A DNA stretch of 64,000 nucleotides from Candidatus Latescibacterota bacterium (GTDB taxonomy: Bacteria; Latescibacterota; UBA2968; UBA8231), in assembly GCA_965243025.1 (NCBI GenBank), contig CBDETY010000003.1:192001-256000 (forward strand). Reading direction: 5' to 3'. The translations under genes were made by a program, and so were the position numbers. Shown one piece after another: positions 13,103 through 22,511 of the stretch. Every line of letters begins with the position of its first letter. Within the stretch, counting starts at the first letter, position 1. The notes beneath the pieces were generated by a model. It had not been told where the DNA came from. It saw only the letters and a list, made by a program, of their open reading frames with translations, and did not search any database.

Positions 13103-13951
13103 ATGTCCCGACAGATCGATCCGCGGGAATTCGTCGATACCCTGCTGCCTGTGGTGCGCCAGTGCGCCGAAGCGTCGCTGATTTTCTACGGCCGGGTCGC
13201 CGACCTGGGAAAGGCGGCCGACACCAGCCTCACCGGGTCGAAGGCGCAGGAGGCGTCGAGCGTGCTCACCGCCCTCGACGGCGCCCTGCAGGAGATCATC
13301 CTGGCGGTGGTGTTGCAACGCTATCCGGAGATTCGCTGCATCGCCGAAGAGGACACCGCCCTGAAGCGGCGCTTCCGGGGAAATCGCAGCGAATACGCGG
13401 TCATTCTCGATCCGATCGACGGCACCTGGCACTTCCAGCGCGGCGACGCACCCTACCACCTGTCAGTCGGGTTGTGCAGGAAGGGACTGATGCAGGCCGC
13501 CATAGTCGCCCGTCCGGATGAGGGCAAGATATTCACGGCGATACGCGGCCGCGGAGCCTGGGTGCAGACCGGAAACCGCCGGTCTCGCCGCCTGCGGCTG
13601 CCCTCGACTCCCAGGACCAATGCGGCCTTCGTCTCGTCCAAGGCGCGGCCTTACCGGGCGCTGCTCCGCCCCCGACTCGAACCCCGCGAGCACCCGATCG
13701 GCGCCGCCCTCGTGCTCACCCTGCTGGCCGAGGGGGAGCTGTGCGCCTATCTCACGCGGCAGGTCGAGGTGTACGACGTAGGCCCCCCCTCCCTGATAGC
13801 CGAGGAGGCCGGAGCGCTCTGCTTCCTCAGGGGGGGCAGGGCGCCGGCTTACATGAGGCGGGCCAAATTTCCCCTGTTCATGGCCGCGGCCAACGAAGGA
13901 ATACAACAGTTCCTGCAGGACGCCGTGCGCGCGGCGGGGAGGATGCCGTGA
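13103..13951 (+). CDS. Inositol monophosphatase family protein
   Basis: IAEE, LDPIDGT, YDVG..LIAEEAG. Confidence 0.85.
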   Translation: MSRQIDPREFVDTLLPVVRQCAEASLIFYGRVADLGKAADTSLTGSKAQEASSVLTALDGALQEIILAVVLQRYPEIRCIAEEDTALKRRFRGNRSEYAVILDPIDGTWHFQRGDAPYHLSVGLCRKGLMQAAIVARPDEGKIFTAIRGRGAWVQTGNRRSRRLRLPSTPRTNAAFVSSKARPYRALLRPRLEPREHPIGAALVLTLLAEGELCAYLTRQVEVYDVGPPSLIAEEAGALCFLRGGRAPAYMRRAKFPLFMAAANEGIQQFLQDAVRAAGRMP

Positions 13952-14859
13952 CCGCGAAACGGTTCGGCGGCGTCCTGCCGGTCGTCAGCATGCCCTACAA
14001 TGCCGACCTGTCGATCGACTATGTCACACTGCAAAGGGAGGTCGACCACATCTTCGCTCTCGGCGCGGACGGTCTCTGCCTCGCACTGGTTTCCGACCTG
14101 CTGCGGCTCACCGGGGAGGAGCGTCTTCGGCTGCCTGCGGAACTGGTGAAGTTCGCCGCGGGAAGGGGTCCGGTCGTCGTCAACGTCGGCGCCGAGAGCA
14201 CCGGCCAGGCGGTCCTCTTCGCCCGCGCCGCCGAACGGGGAGGAGCGGCGGCAACGATGGCCCTGCCGCCGGTTTCCCGCGTTCTGCCCCAGGAGGAGCT
14301 GCGCTCCTACTTCGAGGCGATTCTCGACGCCGTCGAGCTTCCGATGTTCGTCCAGGACGCCAGTTCCTACGTCGGCAGTCCGATGAGCGTGCAGTTCCAG
14401 GTGGACCTGTTTCACCAGTACGGAGACCGCATCCTCTTCAAGCCCGAGGCGACTCCCCTCGGGCCGGCGATTTCCGCGTTGCGCGAGAGCACTGCCGGCC
14501 GCGCCGGCATCTTCGAGGGGAGCGGCGGGGTTCTTCTGATCGACTCGCATCGCCGCGGCGTGACCGGGACGATTCCTGGAGTGGAAATGCTCTCGGGGCT
14601 GGTGGCGCTCTGGCAGGCACTGGAGGCGGGGGAGGAGGAGAGGATCTACGACCTCTGGTTTCCCGTCTGCGCGCTGGCAACCCTGCAGCTCCAGGGCGGT
14701 CTCGACGGGTTCATCACCGCCGGACGCCACATGCTCCACAGGCAGGGTCTGTTCCCCGGCCAGCATCACAGGGGTCCTCTCTCGTTCGAGCCGGACGAGG
14801 TCGCCAGGGCCGAGCTCGACCGCCTGTACGACCTGCTGCAGCAGGTCCTCGACCAGTGA
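13948..14859 (+). CDS. Dihydrodipicolinate synthase-like class I aldolase/dehydratase
   Basis: GVLPVVSMPY, VVVNVGAEST, Schiff-base Lys in FKPE; lacks DapA GTTGE; GTG start overlaps upstream stop. Confidence 0.82.
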   Translation: MTAKRFGGVLPVVSMPYNADLSIDYVTLQREVDHIFALGADGLCLALVSDLLRLTGEERLRLPAELVKFAAGRGPVVVNVGAESTGQAVLFARAAERGGAAATMALPPVSRVLPQEELRSYFEAILDAVELPMFVQDASSYVGSPMSVQFQVDLFHQYGDRILFKPEATPLGPAISALRESTAGRAGIFEGSGGVLLIDSHRRGVTGTIPGVEMLSGLVALWQALEAGEEERIYDLWFPVCALATLQLQGGLDGFITAGRHMLHRQGLFPGQHHRGPLSFEPDEVARAELDRLYDLLQQVLDQ

Positions 14860-14894
14860 GGGCTGGCGGCGGCACCGGGAGGCCGCGCGGCGCC

Positions 14895-16058
14895 ATGAAG
14901 GAGTCGCGGCGCATGGCCGAGGTCCTCAGTCCGGTCATTCCCGACGTCGCGGCGCTGATCCGCGACAACCCCGGCACCATCTCGCTCGGACAGGGGGTCG
15001 TCCACTATCCGCCGCCGCCGCAGGCGCTGGAAGCGGTTTCCCGTTTCGGCGGCGAAATCGAGGAACACCACTACCAGGCCGCGTCGGGGATTCCGCAGCT
15101 GCGCGAGAAGCTGCTCGCCAAGCTCCATTGCGAAAACGGGATCGCCGTGGGCGACGGACAGGCCCTCGTGGTCACCGCGGGCAGCAACATGGCCTTCTAC
15201 CATGCCCTGCTGGCGGTCTGCGACCCGGGGGACGAGGTGGTGATCGCCGCGCCCTTCTACTTCAACCACGAGATGGCGATAGCCATGGCGAACTGCCGGC
15301 CGGTGCTGGCGCCGACAGGGCCGGACTACCAGCTCGACCCCGCCGTCGTCGAGGCCTGCCTGTCGGCGCGCACGCGCGCCGTCGTAACCATCTCTCCCAA
15401 CAACCCGGCGGGAGTCGTCTATCCGCGCGAGGTCCTGCAAAGGGTCAACGAGCTGTGCCGGCGGCAGGGGCTTTACCATTTCAGCGACGAGGCCTACGAG
15501 TACTTCACCTACGATGGGGCAGAGCACTTTTCGGTGGGTTCATTGCCCGATAACGAGGCGCACACGATCTCCCTGTTCTCGTTCTCGAAGTCGTACAGCC
15601 TGGCCAGCTGGCGGGTCGGTTACATGGTGACTCCCCGGCACCTGCTGCGGGCCCTCGAGAAAAGCCAGGACACGATCCTGATCTGCCCCCCGGTCGTTTC
15701 CCAGATCGCCGCTGCGGGGGCCCTCGATGCCGGGCACGAGTACTGCCGCCGCCGCGTCGGGAAGCTCTCGCAGGTTCGGCGGCTCTGCCTGGAAAGGCTC
15801 GGAGAGGTTGAGGACGTGTGCACGGTGCCGGAGTCGAACGGCGCTTTCTACCTGTTGGTCCGCCTGCATTGCGACCTCGACTCGATGCAGGTTGTCGAAC
15901 GTCTGGTGAGGGAATTCAAGGTCGCCGCCATTCCGGGATCCGGCTTCGGGATGACCGATGCCTGCTACCTCCGCGTCGCCTACGGAGCCCTTCAGCCCGG
16001 TACGGTGGCGGAAGGGATGGACCGCCTTGTGAGAGGTCTGCGAGATCTGATCGCGTAG
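14895..16058 (+). CDS. PLP-dependent aminotransferase class I/II
   Basis: SLGQG, SPNNPAG, SDEAY, SFSKSY..ASWRVG; start 14856-14913 uncertain. Confidence 0.92.
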   Translation: MKESRRMAEVLSPVIPDVAALIRDNPGTISLGQGVVHYPPPPQALEAVSRFGGEIEEHHYQAASGIPQLREKLLAKLHCENGIAVGDGQALVVTAGSNMAFYHALLAVCDPGDEVVIAAPFYFNHEMAIAMANCRPVLAPTGPDYQLDPAVVEACLSARTRAVVTISPNNPAGVVYPREVLQRVNELCRRQGLYHFSDEAYEYFTYDGAEHFSVGSLPDNEAHTISLFSFSKSYSLASWRVGYMVTPRHLLRALEKSQDTILICPPVVSQIAAAGALDAGHEYCRRRVGKLSQVRRLCLERLGEVEDVCTVPESNGAFYLLVRLHCDLDSMQVVERLVREFKVAAIPGSGFGMTDACYLRVAYGALQPGTVAEGMDRLVRGLRDLIA

Positions 16059-16182
16059 GGCGCGGCGCAGGAGGACCGTCCTCGTCGCTGCCTCGCCTGG
16101 CCGATTTTCAGGATTCACGGGGCTCCGTCCAAAGGGTTCGTCCGCGTGTGAAAGAGAGGCTCCGGGGTGGAGCCGGGGTTTC

Positions 16183-16210
16183 TTGACACTCGCGTTCTCC
16201 AATTTATCTT
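16183..16210 (+). promoter_or_regulatory. Possible sigma70 promoter of the ASH-domain gene
   Basis: TTGACA-N16-TATCTT. Confidence 0.4.
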
Positions 16211-16391
16211 TGCCGGCACGAGAGCGACCTGAATTCACGAAAGACTGCCCCTGCGGAAGTTTTCCACTTCCTCCGAACGTGGAACTTCGACAAAGTCAAT
16301 TCCGGCATTCTGGTGAGTTGGTCGCTCTTTTTTGTGACCGCTCGAGATCTCCAGCCCGTTGAAAAAGCTGCTCTGCAGGCGAGGCCGAGTC

Positions 16392-19160
16392 ATGGTGGTT
16401 CCAAGACCTGGGGCAGAAACATCGCGACACCGGATCCGACCCCTGCGTGGATTTTTCCGCAGCACCGGGTTCGCCGCGGCATTGCTCGCCCTCGCCGCCG
16501 GCGCTGGCGCCGAACAGGTCTCCGTCCGACCCCGGAGCATCGACCTCGGGATCGTCGCGGTCGGAGTTCGCGTCGAGTCGAAGATCACCCTGGTCAACAA
16601 CGCGGATGAGGCCATCGAGGTAAGCCTTTCCGCAAACGAGCCCCTCTCCCTGCCGGTAGAGTCCCTGATCCTGGAGAAGGGGAGCGAGCGAGAGATCGGG
16701 ATCGCCTTCACGGCGGGGAAGCCGGGTCCCTACCGATCCGAGGTCGCCGTCGAGGTGGAGAAGCTGTTCGGCTCGGAGGGAATCGCGGTACCGGTCACTG
16801 CGACCGCGGCGCGCCCCGGACTGCTTCCCGATCCCCCGGCAATCGAGTTCGACTCCGTCGCCGTTGGCGCAACGGCGAGGCGCACACTTCTGCTGAACAA
16901 CAGCGGCCCCGTGCCGCTGCGGATCGACAGTATCTACCTCGCCGGCGGCACCGGGCCGTTCGCAATCCTCCTCCCCGACCGGCTCTCCCTGGAGCCGGGC
17001 GCATCCGGAGAGGTGACGCTGGAGTTCACCCCGCCCGCGGACGGCCGCCTGGTCGATCGCCTCATCGTATCAGCCCCGGAGGTCCCGGACAGGGTGGAGG
17101 TGGCAGTAAGCGGAGTGGGGTTGGCCGCGGCAGCGGCGGTCTCTCCGCTGCCGGAAGTCGGCCTGGATTTCGGCCGCCTCGAGACCGGCCGGAGGGGCAG
17201 CAGCACAGTCACGGTCCTCAACAATGGCCGCGCCCCCCTCGAGGTCTGGGGCCTCGAGCTTTCGGGAGAAAGCTTCTCTGTTTCTTCCGGCATGGATACG
17301 CTGAACCTGGAACCGGGTGGACGGGGCGGTATCGAGGTCGTCTATAACCCCGCCTTTCCGGGGGTATCGATGGGCACCCTCTCCCTGGCCACCAGCGACC
17401 CGGAGCGCCCCCGGATTTCGCTTCCACTGAAGGGCACCGCCTTCGTCAGTCCCCCGGAAATCGTCGTGGTGGGGGAGAGGGCGGTAGATTTGGGCCGGGT
17501 CGCCGTCGGCAAGACCTCGAGACACCCCCTGCTGATCTGGAACCGGGGAGGCAGCGCCTTCGCGGTCGCCGCGGAGGTGAAGGGGGAGGGGGAAGAGTTC
17601 CGGGTCGAGAGCAGCTCGTACCTGCTGCAGCCGGGCGCCAGCGCCAGCGTCGGCCTCAGCTTCAGCCCGCAGGCGACGGGCATCCGCGAGGGCGTGCTCG
17701 AGATCGGGACGGAAAAGGGGCCGACAGTCCTTTCCCTGACCGGGACGGGGAGCTACCTGGAGCTGAGCCCGAGAACGGCCGAGTTCGGACGCGTCCCGGT
17801 GGGAGAGGCCGGCAATGCCATCATCGATCTGACCAATGTCGGCAACGCCGATTTCACCGTTACCCGGGTGTTGTCGACGAGCCCCGATTTCACCGTGTAC
17901 ACGCAGGTTTCGGCCGACGGCGAATACGGACTGCCCGCCAACAGCCTGCGGTCGCTGCCCGTCAAGGTCACCTTCACGCCGACGCTTCGGGGCACGCGCA
18001 GCGGCACCCTGCGCCTCGAGGGGTACTGGGAGGAGGGGAGCGAGGCTTTCGACATCCTCCTCACCGGTACCGGCATCGCCGCGGAGATCGAGTTGCACCC
18101 CTCCGGGCCCATCGACTTCGGCTACGTGGTCGTGGGGGACACCGGGACGCGAACCCTGGTCGCCACCAATATCGGCGACACCGCCCTGCGGGTCGCCGCC
18201 AGCACCCTCAGCCGCGAGGCCTTCCTCGAACCTGCCTCTTTCTCGCTGCTGCCCGGGGAGTCGACCAGGCTGCAGGTTTCGTTCTCCCCAAGATCCCTCG
18301 GCGACCGGTTCGCGCAGATCCTCCTGGTGAGCAACGACGTGCGCGACAAGGCCCAGCCGGTCCCGCTGAAGGGCCACGGAGCGCTGCCTGCGGTCGACCT
18401 CACCCAGGTGTCCGCGGTGACGGCCTCGAGGGGCTCGCGGACGCGGTCCCTGTCCGTACCCTGGACCAGTACCCCGCTGGCCGTCGTCGAAGGCACCCGC
18501 ATCGATCTGGCTTTCGCAGTACCCGACTCCCTGAAGGCCGCCCTCACCGGCAGGCAGATGGAGGTGGAATGGGTCGAGCTTGACGAGGGGTACGGCCCGG
18601 TAGGCCCCTCGAAACGTCTCGAGGTCAACATCTACGACGACGACCAGAGTCTCGTGCCTGTCGACGCCCTCAACCTGCGCCTGGAGGAAGCGGGAATGAA
18701 GCGGGTCCGACTCAAGATCACGACGCGCAGCCATCCAGGGGGCGCTCCGCAGGCGATATCGCAGGTTTTCGAGGTGGGGGGCTGGAAGTGGGAGTTCGAA
18801 GCGAAACCCCTGGTCTCCTTCCTGACGATCCGCCCGGGCCGCGACTACACCGGCGCCGACGGCAGCAAGGTGAAGGGAGAGACCGAAAGACTGATCGGGC
18901 TGCCTGGAATCGCCTTCGCGGGCTGGCACAACCCGGACAACGCGTCGCTGTCCGGAATCCACCTGACCGCCATCGGGAACGTGCTGGAGGCGCTTTCGAC
19001 GGACAACGCCATTGCCGTCACCCTCGGACTCGCCCTGTCCGCCTACAAGGACCGGCTCCTCTTCGGGTTCGGATGGGATATCTACGATTCACGGCCCAGG
19101 GCAAAGCGAATGGGGACCCAGGACTACATCATGACGATCAAGTATTCCGGATTGTTCTAG
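16392..19160 (+). CDS. Secreted protein with six tandem ASH/PapD-like Ig (choice-of-anchor D-like) domains and an unknown C-terminal region
   Basis: signal peptide (AAALLALAAGAGA); six repeats of (I/L/V)(D/E)(F/L)Gx(V/L)xVG...N.G...L.PG....F.P; C-terminus KYSGLF. Confidence 0.8.
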   Translation: MVVPRPGAETSRHRIRPLRGFFRSTGFAAALLALAAGAGAEQVSVRPRSIDLGIVAVGVRVESKITLVNNADEAIEVSLSANEPLSLPVESLILEKGSEREIGIAFTAGKPGPYRSEVAVEVEKLFGSEGIAVPVTATAARPGLLPDPPAIEFDSVAVGATARRTLLLNNSGPVPLRIDSIYLAGGTGPFAILLPDRLSLEPGASGEVTLEFTPPADGRLVDRLIVSAPEVPDRVEVAVSGVGLAAAAAVSPLPEVGLDFGRLETGRRGSSTVTVLNNGRAPLEVWGLELSGESFSVSSGMDTLNLEPGGRGGIEVVYNPAFPGVSMGTLSLATSDPERPRISLPLKGTAFVSPPEIVVVGERAVDLGRVAVGKTSRHPLLIWNRGGSAFAVAAEVKGEGEEFRVESSSYLLQPGASASVGLSFSPQATGIREGVLEIGTEKGPTVLSLTGTGSYLELSPRTAEFGRVPVGEAGNAIIDLTNVGNADFTVTRVLSTSPDFTVYTQVSADGEYGLPANSLRSLPVKVTFTPTLRGTRSGTLRLEGYWEEGSEAFDILLTGTGIAAEIELHPSGPIDFGYVVVGDTGTRTLVATNIGDTALRVAASTLSREAFLEPASFSLLPGESTRLQVSFSPRSLGDRFAQILLVSNDVRDKAQPVPLKGHGALPAVDLTQVSAVTASRGSRTRSLSVPWTSTPLAVVEGTRIDLAFAVPDSLKAALTGRQMEVEWVELDEGYGPVGPSKRLEVNIYDDDQSLVPVDALNLRLEEAGMKRVRLKITTRSHPGGAPQAISQVFEVGGWKWEFEAKPLVSFLTIRPGRDYTGADGSKVKGETERLIGLPGIAFAGWHNPDNASLSGIHLTAIGNVLEALSTDNAIAVTLGLALSAYKDRLLFGFGWDIYDSRPRAKRMGTQDYIMTIKYSGLF

Positions 19161-19324
19161 TGCCCCGTCGCAGAAATATCTCGACATTGGGACGCCGATC
19201 CATCCCGGCTCACGGCGTTGCCTTCGCTCGCCGTACACCCTCGGTACGACTCGCTCAGGCGCCTTGTGAGCCGGGCGCCTCGGCATCCCAATTTTGTCAA
19301 TCTATCTCTGCGACGGGACACTAG
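19157..19324. mobile_element. MITE copy 1 (160 bp plus CTAG direct repeats)
   Basis: CTAG-TGCCCCGTCGCAGAAATA...TATCTCTGCGACGGGACA-CTAG; near-identical inverted copy at 29122-29289. Confidence 0.85.
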
Positions 19325-19351
19325 CCCCCAAGGTTTCTTCCAAAAAGATCC

Positions 19352-19380
19352 TTGACATCTGAAACCATGTGCACTAAGAT
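19352..19380 (+). promoter_or_regulatory. sigma70 promoter with overlapping ATGTGCACT repeats
   Basis: TTGACA-N17-TAAGAT. Confidence 0.7.
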
Positions 19381-19650
19381 ACATATGTGCACTGCGTGGA
19401 ACATACAATTTGCAAGGCTGCCCTTATCGCCGACGGCTGCGCGCGGGGGCTGACCGCGATCGGGTCGCTTTATCTCGCCACCCGTATCGGCATGGGGCTG
19501 CTCGGGGCCTGAGCCTCCCCGCACCCGTTTAAAGGGCCGGGGCGGGTACTCCCAAATCGTCCGTAAATATCTTTTTCTGTTTGACTTTATGGGCGAGTTC
19601 GGCTTGATTTGTAGCCATCCCCGAAGCATTGATTTCAATCCCCTGATACT

Positions 19651-20094
19651 GTGCGGGACAAAGCGTTGTGGCTCCTGGGAAGCCTTGCGGGGGCCTTTCT
19701 TCTGGCGGCCTCCATCTGGCCGCGATTCCAGGTCGAGGAAGCGGCAGAGCCGGTGGTTCCGATCCCGGAACCGCCCCAGGCCGCGCCGGTTCCCGTCCTG
19801 TTCACTAGAGTTTCGATCCTGAACGGCTGCGGAGATCCCGGCGTAGCCGCCCGCATGAGGGAAAAGGCTCAGTCACTGGGCCTCGACGTAATCGAAGAGG
19901 GGAACGCCGACAGTTTCGGCTATCTCGAAACGATCGTCATCGATCGCGTCGGAGACATCGAAAAAGCCCGGCAGGTCGCCTCGTTGCTCGGAATTCCCAA
20001 CTACATACAGCAAATCAGCAACGACGACTACCGCCTCGAGAATATCCGCATTATCGTTGGCAAGGATTACAGAAAACTCCAACTGTTGGAGTAG
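19651..20094 (+). CDS. LytR C-terminal domain membrane protein
   Basis: N-terminal TM, VSILNGCGDPGVA, GNADSF, IIVGKDY; typical neighbour of rsfS. Confidence 0.82.
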   Translation: MRDKALWLLGSLAGAFLLAASIWPRFQVEEAAEPVVPIPEPPQAAPVPVLFTRVSILNGCGDPGVAARMREKAQSLGLDVIEEGNADSFGYLETIVIDRVGDIEKARQVASLLGIPNYIQQISNDDYRLENIRIIVGKDYRKLQLLE

Positions 20095-20123
20095 ACCAGA
20101 GGACCGGACAGCTGGATTCGCGC

Positions 20124-20537
20124 TTGGACTGCCCCTCCGATCCGTTGTTACAGGACCCAAGGCTGCCGCTCATCGCCGGAATTCTGCAGGAGAAGAAGGC
20201 GGAGGACATCCTGGCCCTGGACCTGCGGCAGGTCAGCGATGCCGCCGACTGTTTCATCATCTGCAGTGCTCCCTCGGATCCCCACGTCAAGGGCATCGTC
20301 ACCGCCCTGGTCGAGTCCCTGAGGGCGGCCGGTCACAGACCCTGGCACGTCGAGGGGATGGAGCAACGCCGCTGGGTCCTGATCGATCTGGTGGATATAG
20401 TGGTGCACGTTTTCCTTCCGCAGGCCCGGGAGTATTACGGCTTGGAGCGCCTTTGGGGAGACGCCGAGCCGATGGCACTGAGAGAACCGGAATCGCCGCA
20501 CGGGACAGCTTCGTCCGGGGTGGTCAGGACGACGTGA
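20124..20537 (+). CDS. rsfS: Ribosome silencing factor RsfS (Iojap)
   Basis: EKKAEDI, WVLIDLVDIVVHVF, REYYGLERLWGDA. Confidence 0.93.
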   Translation: MDCPSDPLLQDPRLPLIAGILQEKKAEDILALDLRQVSDAADCFIICSAPSDPHVKGIVTALVESLRAAGHRPWHVEGMEQRRWVLIDLVDIVVHVFLPQAREYYGLERLWGDAEPMALREPESPHGTASSGVVRTT

Positions 20538-21619
20538 GGATCGAAACGATCGAGTGGATCGAGCCGGGGAAGGGAAGACAGCCCGTCCTGCGCCTGCTGG
20601 ATCAGACCCGGTTGCCCGCCGAGGTGGTCTACGTCGATTGTACGGATGCCGAAACGGTCGCCCGAAGCATCGAAATTCTCAGGGTTCGGGGAGCCCCCGC
20701 CATCGGCGTCGCCGCGGCATACGGCGTCGCGCTGGCGGCCCGCAATTCCATCGGAGAAGCGGATTTCCAGGCGCGGGTCGAAGGGGCCCTGGATCGGCTC
20801 GCCGGCACGAGGCCGACCGCTGTCAACCTGTTCTGGGCGCTGCGCCGGATGCGCGAGACGATGACGGCATGCCCGGTTCGGGGACCTTTGGACGAGGAGC
20901 GGCTGGCGGGCGAGCTGCTGGCGACAGCTCACCGCATCCGCGAGGCGGACCGCGAGGTCTGCCGGCGCATCGGGGAGCACGGGGCCGGCCTGTTGTCCGA
21001 CGGCGACAAGGTCCTGACGCACTGCAACGCCGGATCCCTGGCGACGGCAGGCTGCGGCACCGCGCTCGGAGTCGTGTACGGGGCGGTGCGGCAGGGCAAG
21101 AGGGTGCGCGTTTTTGCCGACGAGACCCGGCCGTTGCTGCAGGGTTCGAGGCTGACGGCATGGGAGCTGATGCAGAACGGAATCGACGTAACCGTGATCT
21201 GTGACGGGGCCGCCGCGGCGGTCATGAGAACCGAAGGGATTTCCAGCGTCATCGTAGGCGCCGACCGCGTCGCAGCCAACGGCGATGTCGCCAACAAGAT
21301 CGGAACCTACGGACTGGCGGTGCTGGCGCGCGAGCACGGCATTCCCTTCTGCGTTGCCGCCCCGATGTCGACCGTCGATTTCCAGCTGGCCTCGGGAGCG
21401 GAAATCCCCATCGAGGAGCGGTCCCCGGAAGAGGTTAGCGGGGGCCCGGGAGCGGCCGGGACCCCACCGGGAGTCGGGATCCTCAACCCCGCATTCGATG
21501 TGACGCCCCATCGCCTCATCGACGCCATCATCACCGAGCACGGGGTGGCGAGATCCTCTTTCGATGCCGCTTTGAGCACTTGGAACCGAGAGCATGAAGA
21601 GCGGTTGCAGCGGGCTTAG
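20534..21619 (+). CDS. mtnA: S-methyl-5-thioribose-1-phosphate isomerase
   Basis: LDQTRLP, VRGAPAIG, RPTAVNL, THCNAG, ETRPLLQG, ANKIGT, NPAFDVTP. Confidence 0.95.
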   Translation: MRIETIEWIEPGKGRQPVLRLLDQTRLPAEVVYVDCTDAETVARSIEILRVRGAPAIGVAAAYGVALAARNSIGEADFQARVEGALDRLAGTRPTAVNLFWALRRMRETMTACPVRGPLDEERLAGELLATAHRIREADREVCRRIGEHGAGLLSDGDKVLTHCNAGSLATAGCGTALGVVYGAVRQGKRVRVFADETRPLLQGSRLTAWELMQNGIDVTVICDGAAAAVMRTEGISSVIVGADRVAANGDVANKIGTYGLAVLAREHGIPFCVAAPMSTVDFQLASGAEIPIEERSPEEVSGGPGAAGTPPGVGILNPAFDVTPHRLIDAIITEHGVARSSFDAALSTWNREHEERLQRA

Positions 21620-22511
21620 AACCTCATTCCTTCGCCTCCATCCGGCGGGGCTGTTGCTCTTGGCCGTTTCCGGCAGCAGCTGTGCAGGTCCGGCGAAACA
21701 GGCGGCTCAACCCGCCCCTCCTGACACCGACGGCGCTCCCCGGCTCGTCGAGGAGTTCGATCCGCGGTCGGTGCGGGAGGACCTGCTGTTGATCGAGCCC
21801 TCGTTTGCCCCGCCGTCCCGGCGAACCGCGGCAGCCGCAGCGGAGTCGTCGGCGCGGGAGGGCAGGCCGGTCCGGACTCCCATCCGGGAACCTGCCGGAA
21901 GCGGCAGCGCGGCCCGGGAAAGGCAGGGGGCCTACCAGGTCCAGGTCGTGGCCTTGAGTAGTGAAACCGCGGCCTTACAGCTTGCCGAATCGCTTGAGCG
22001 GCAACTGGGGGTGGGGGTAACCGTCATTCCTCACAACCGCCTGCATGCTGTCAGGGCAGGTCGATTCACCGGCCCTGACCCTGCCCGTGCGCTGCAGGCG
22101 CGAATTTCAGAGATGAGGAGCGACTTCGCCGACGCTTTCGTCGTCCGCGAAGATGCCCATGTGAAGGTGGAAACATCGACCGCAAGCCCTGCACCCGGAT
22201 TCGAACCGGAACGGGGTCTCCCCGAGCCGGCGGATGCGGGAGGGGTGCGGGCCCCGGGCTGGAGGGTCCTCATCGACCAGTTTCTCGACCTGACGGATGC
22301 CGAGGAGTTCCGCCGCAAGGCTGTGGAACGGCTCGACCGGGAGGATGTGGAAATCAACTTCCACGAGCCCTGGTACAAGGTCGAAGTCGGCCAGTTCAGG
22401 GCCGGAGAGGAGGCCGCGGCGCAGGAGCTCGTGGCGTCGGTCAAGAGGCGGGGCTTCCCCCACGCCCTGAAGGTGCGGGGCGAAGTGACGGTTCCGAAGG
22501 AGAACCAATGA
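21594..22511 (+). CDS. SPOR-domain lipoprotein (two SPOR-like domains)
   Basis: lipobox-like SSC; YQVQVVAL..AVRAGRF..DAFVV and WRVLI..WYKVEVGQF..GFPHA. Confidence 0.75.
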   Translation: MKSGCSGLRTSFLRLHPAGLLLLAVSGSSCAGPAKQAAQPAPPDTDGAPRLVEEFDPRSVREDLLLIEPSFAPPSRRTAAAAAESSAREGRPVRTPIREPAGSGSAARERQGAYQVQVVALSSETAALQLAESLERQLGVGVTVIPHNRLHAVRAGRFTGPDPARALQARISEMRSDFADAFVVREDAHVKVETSTASPAPGFEPERGLPEPADAGGVRAPGWRVLIDQFLDLTDAEEFRRKAVERLDREDVEINFHEPWYKVEVGQFRAGEEAAAQELVASVKRRGFPHALKVRGEVTVPKENQ

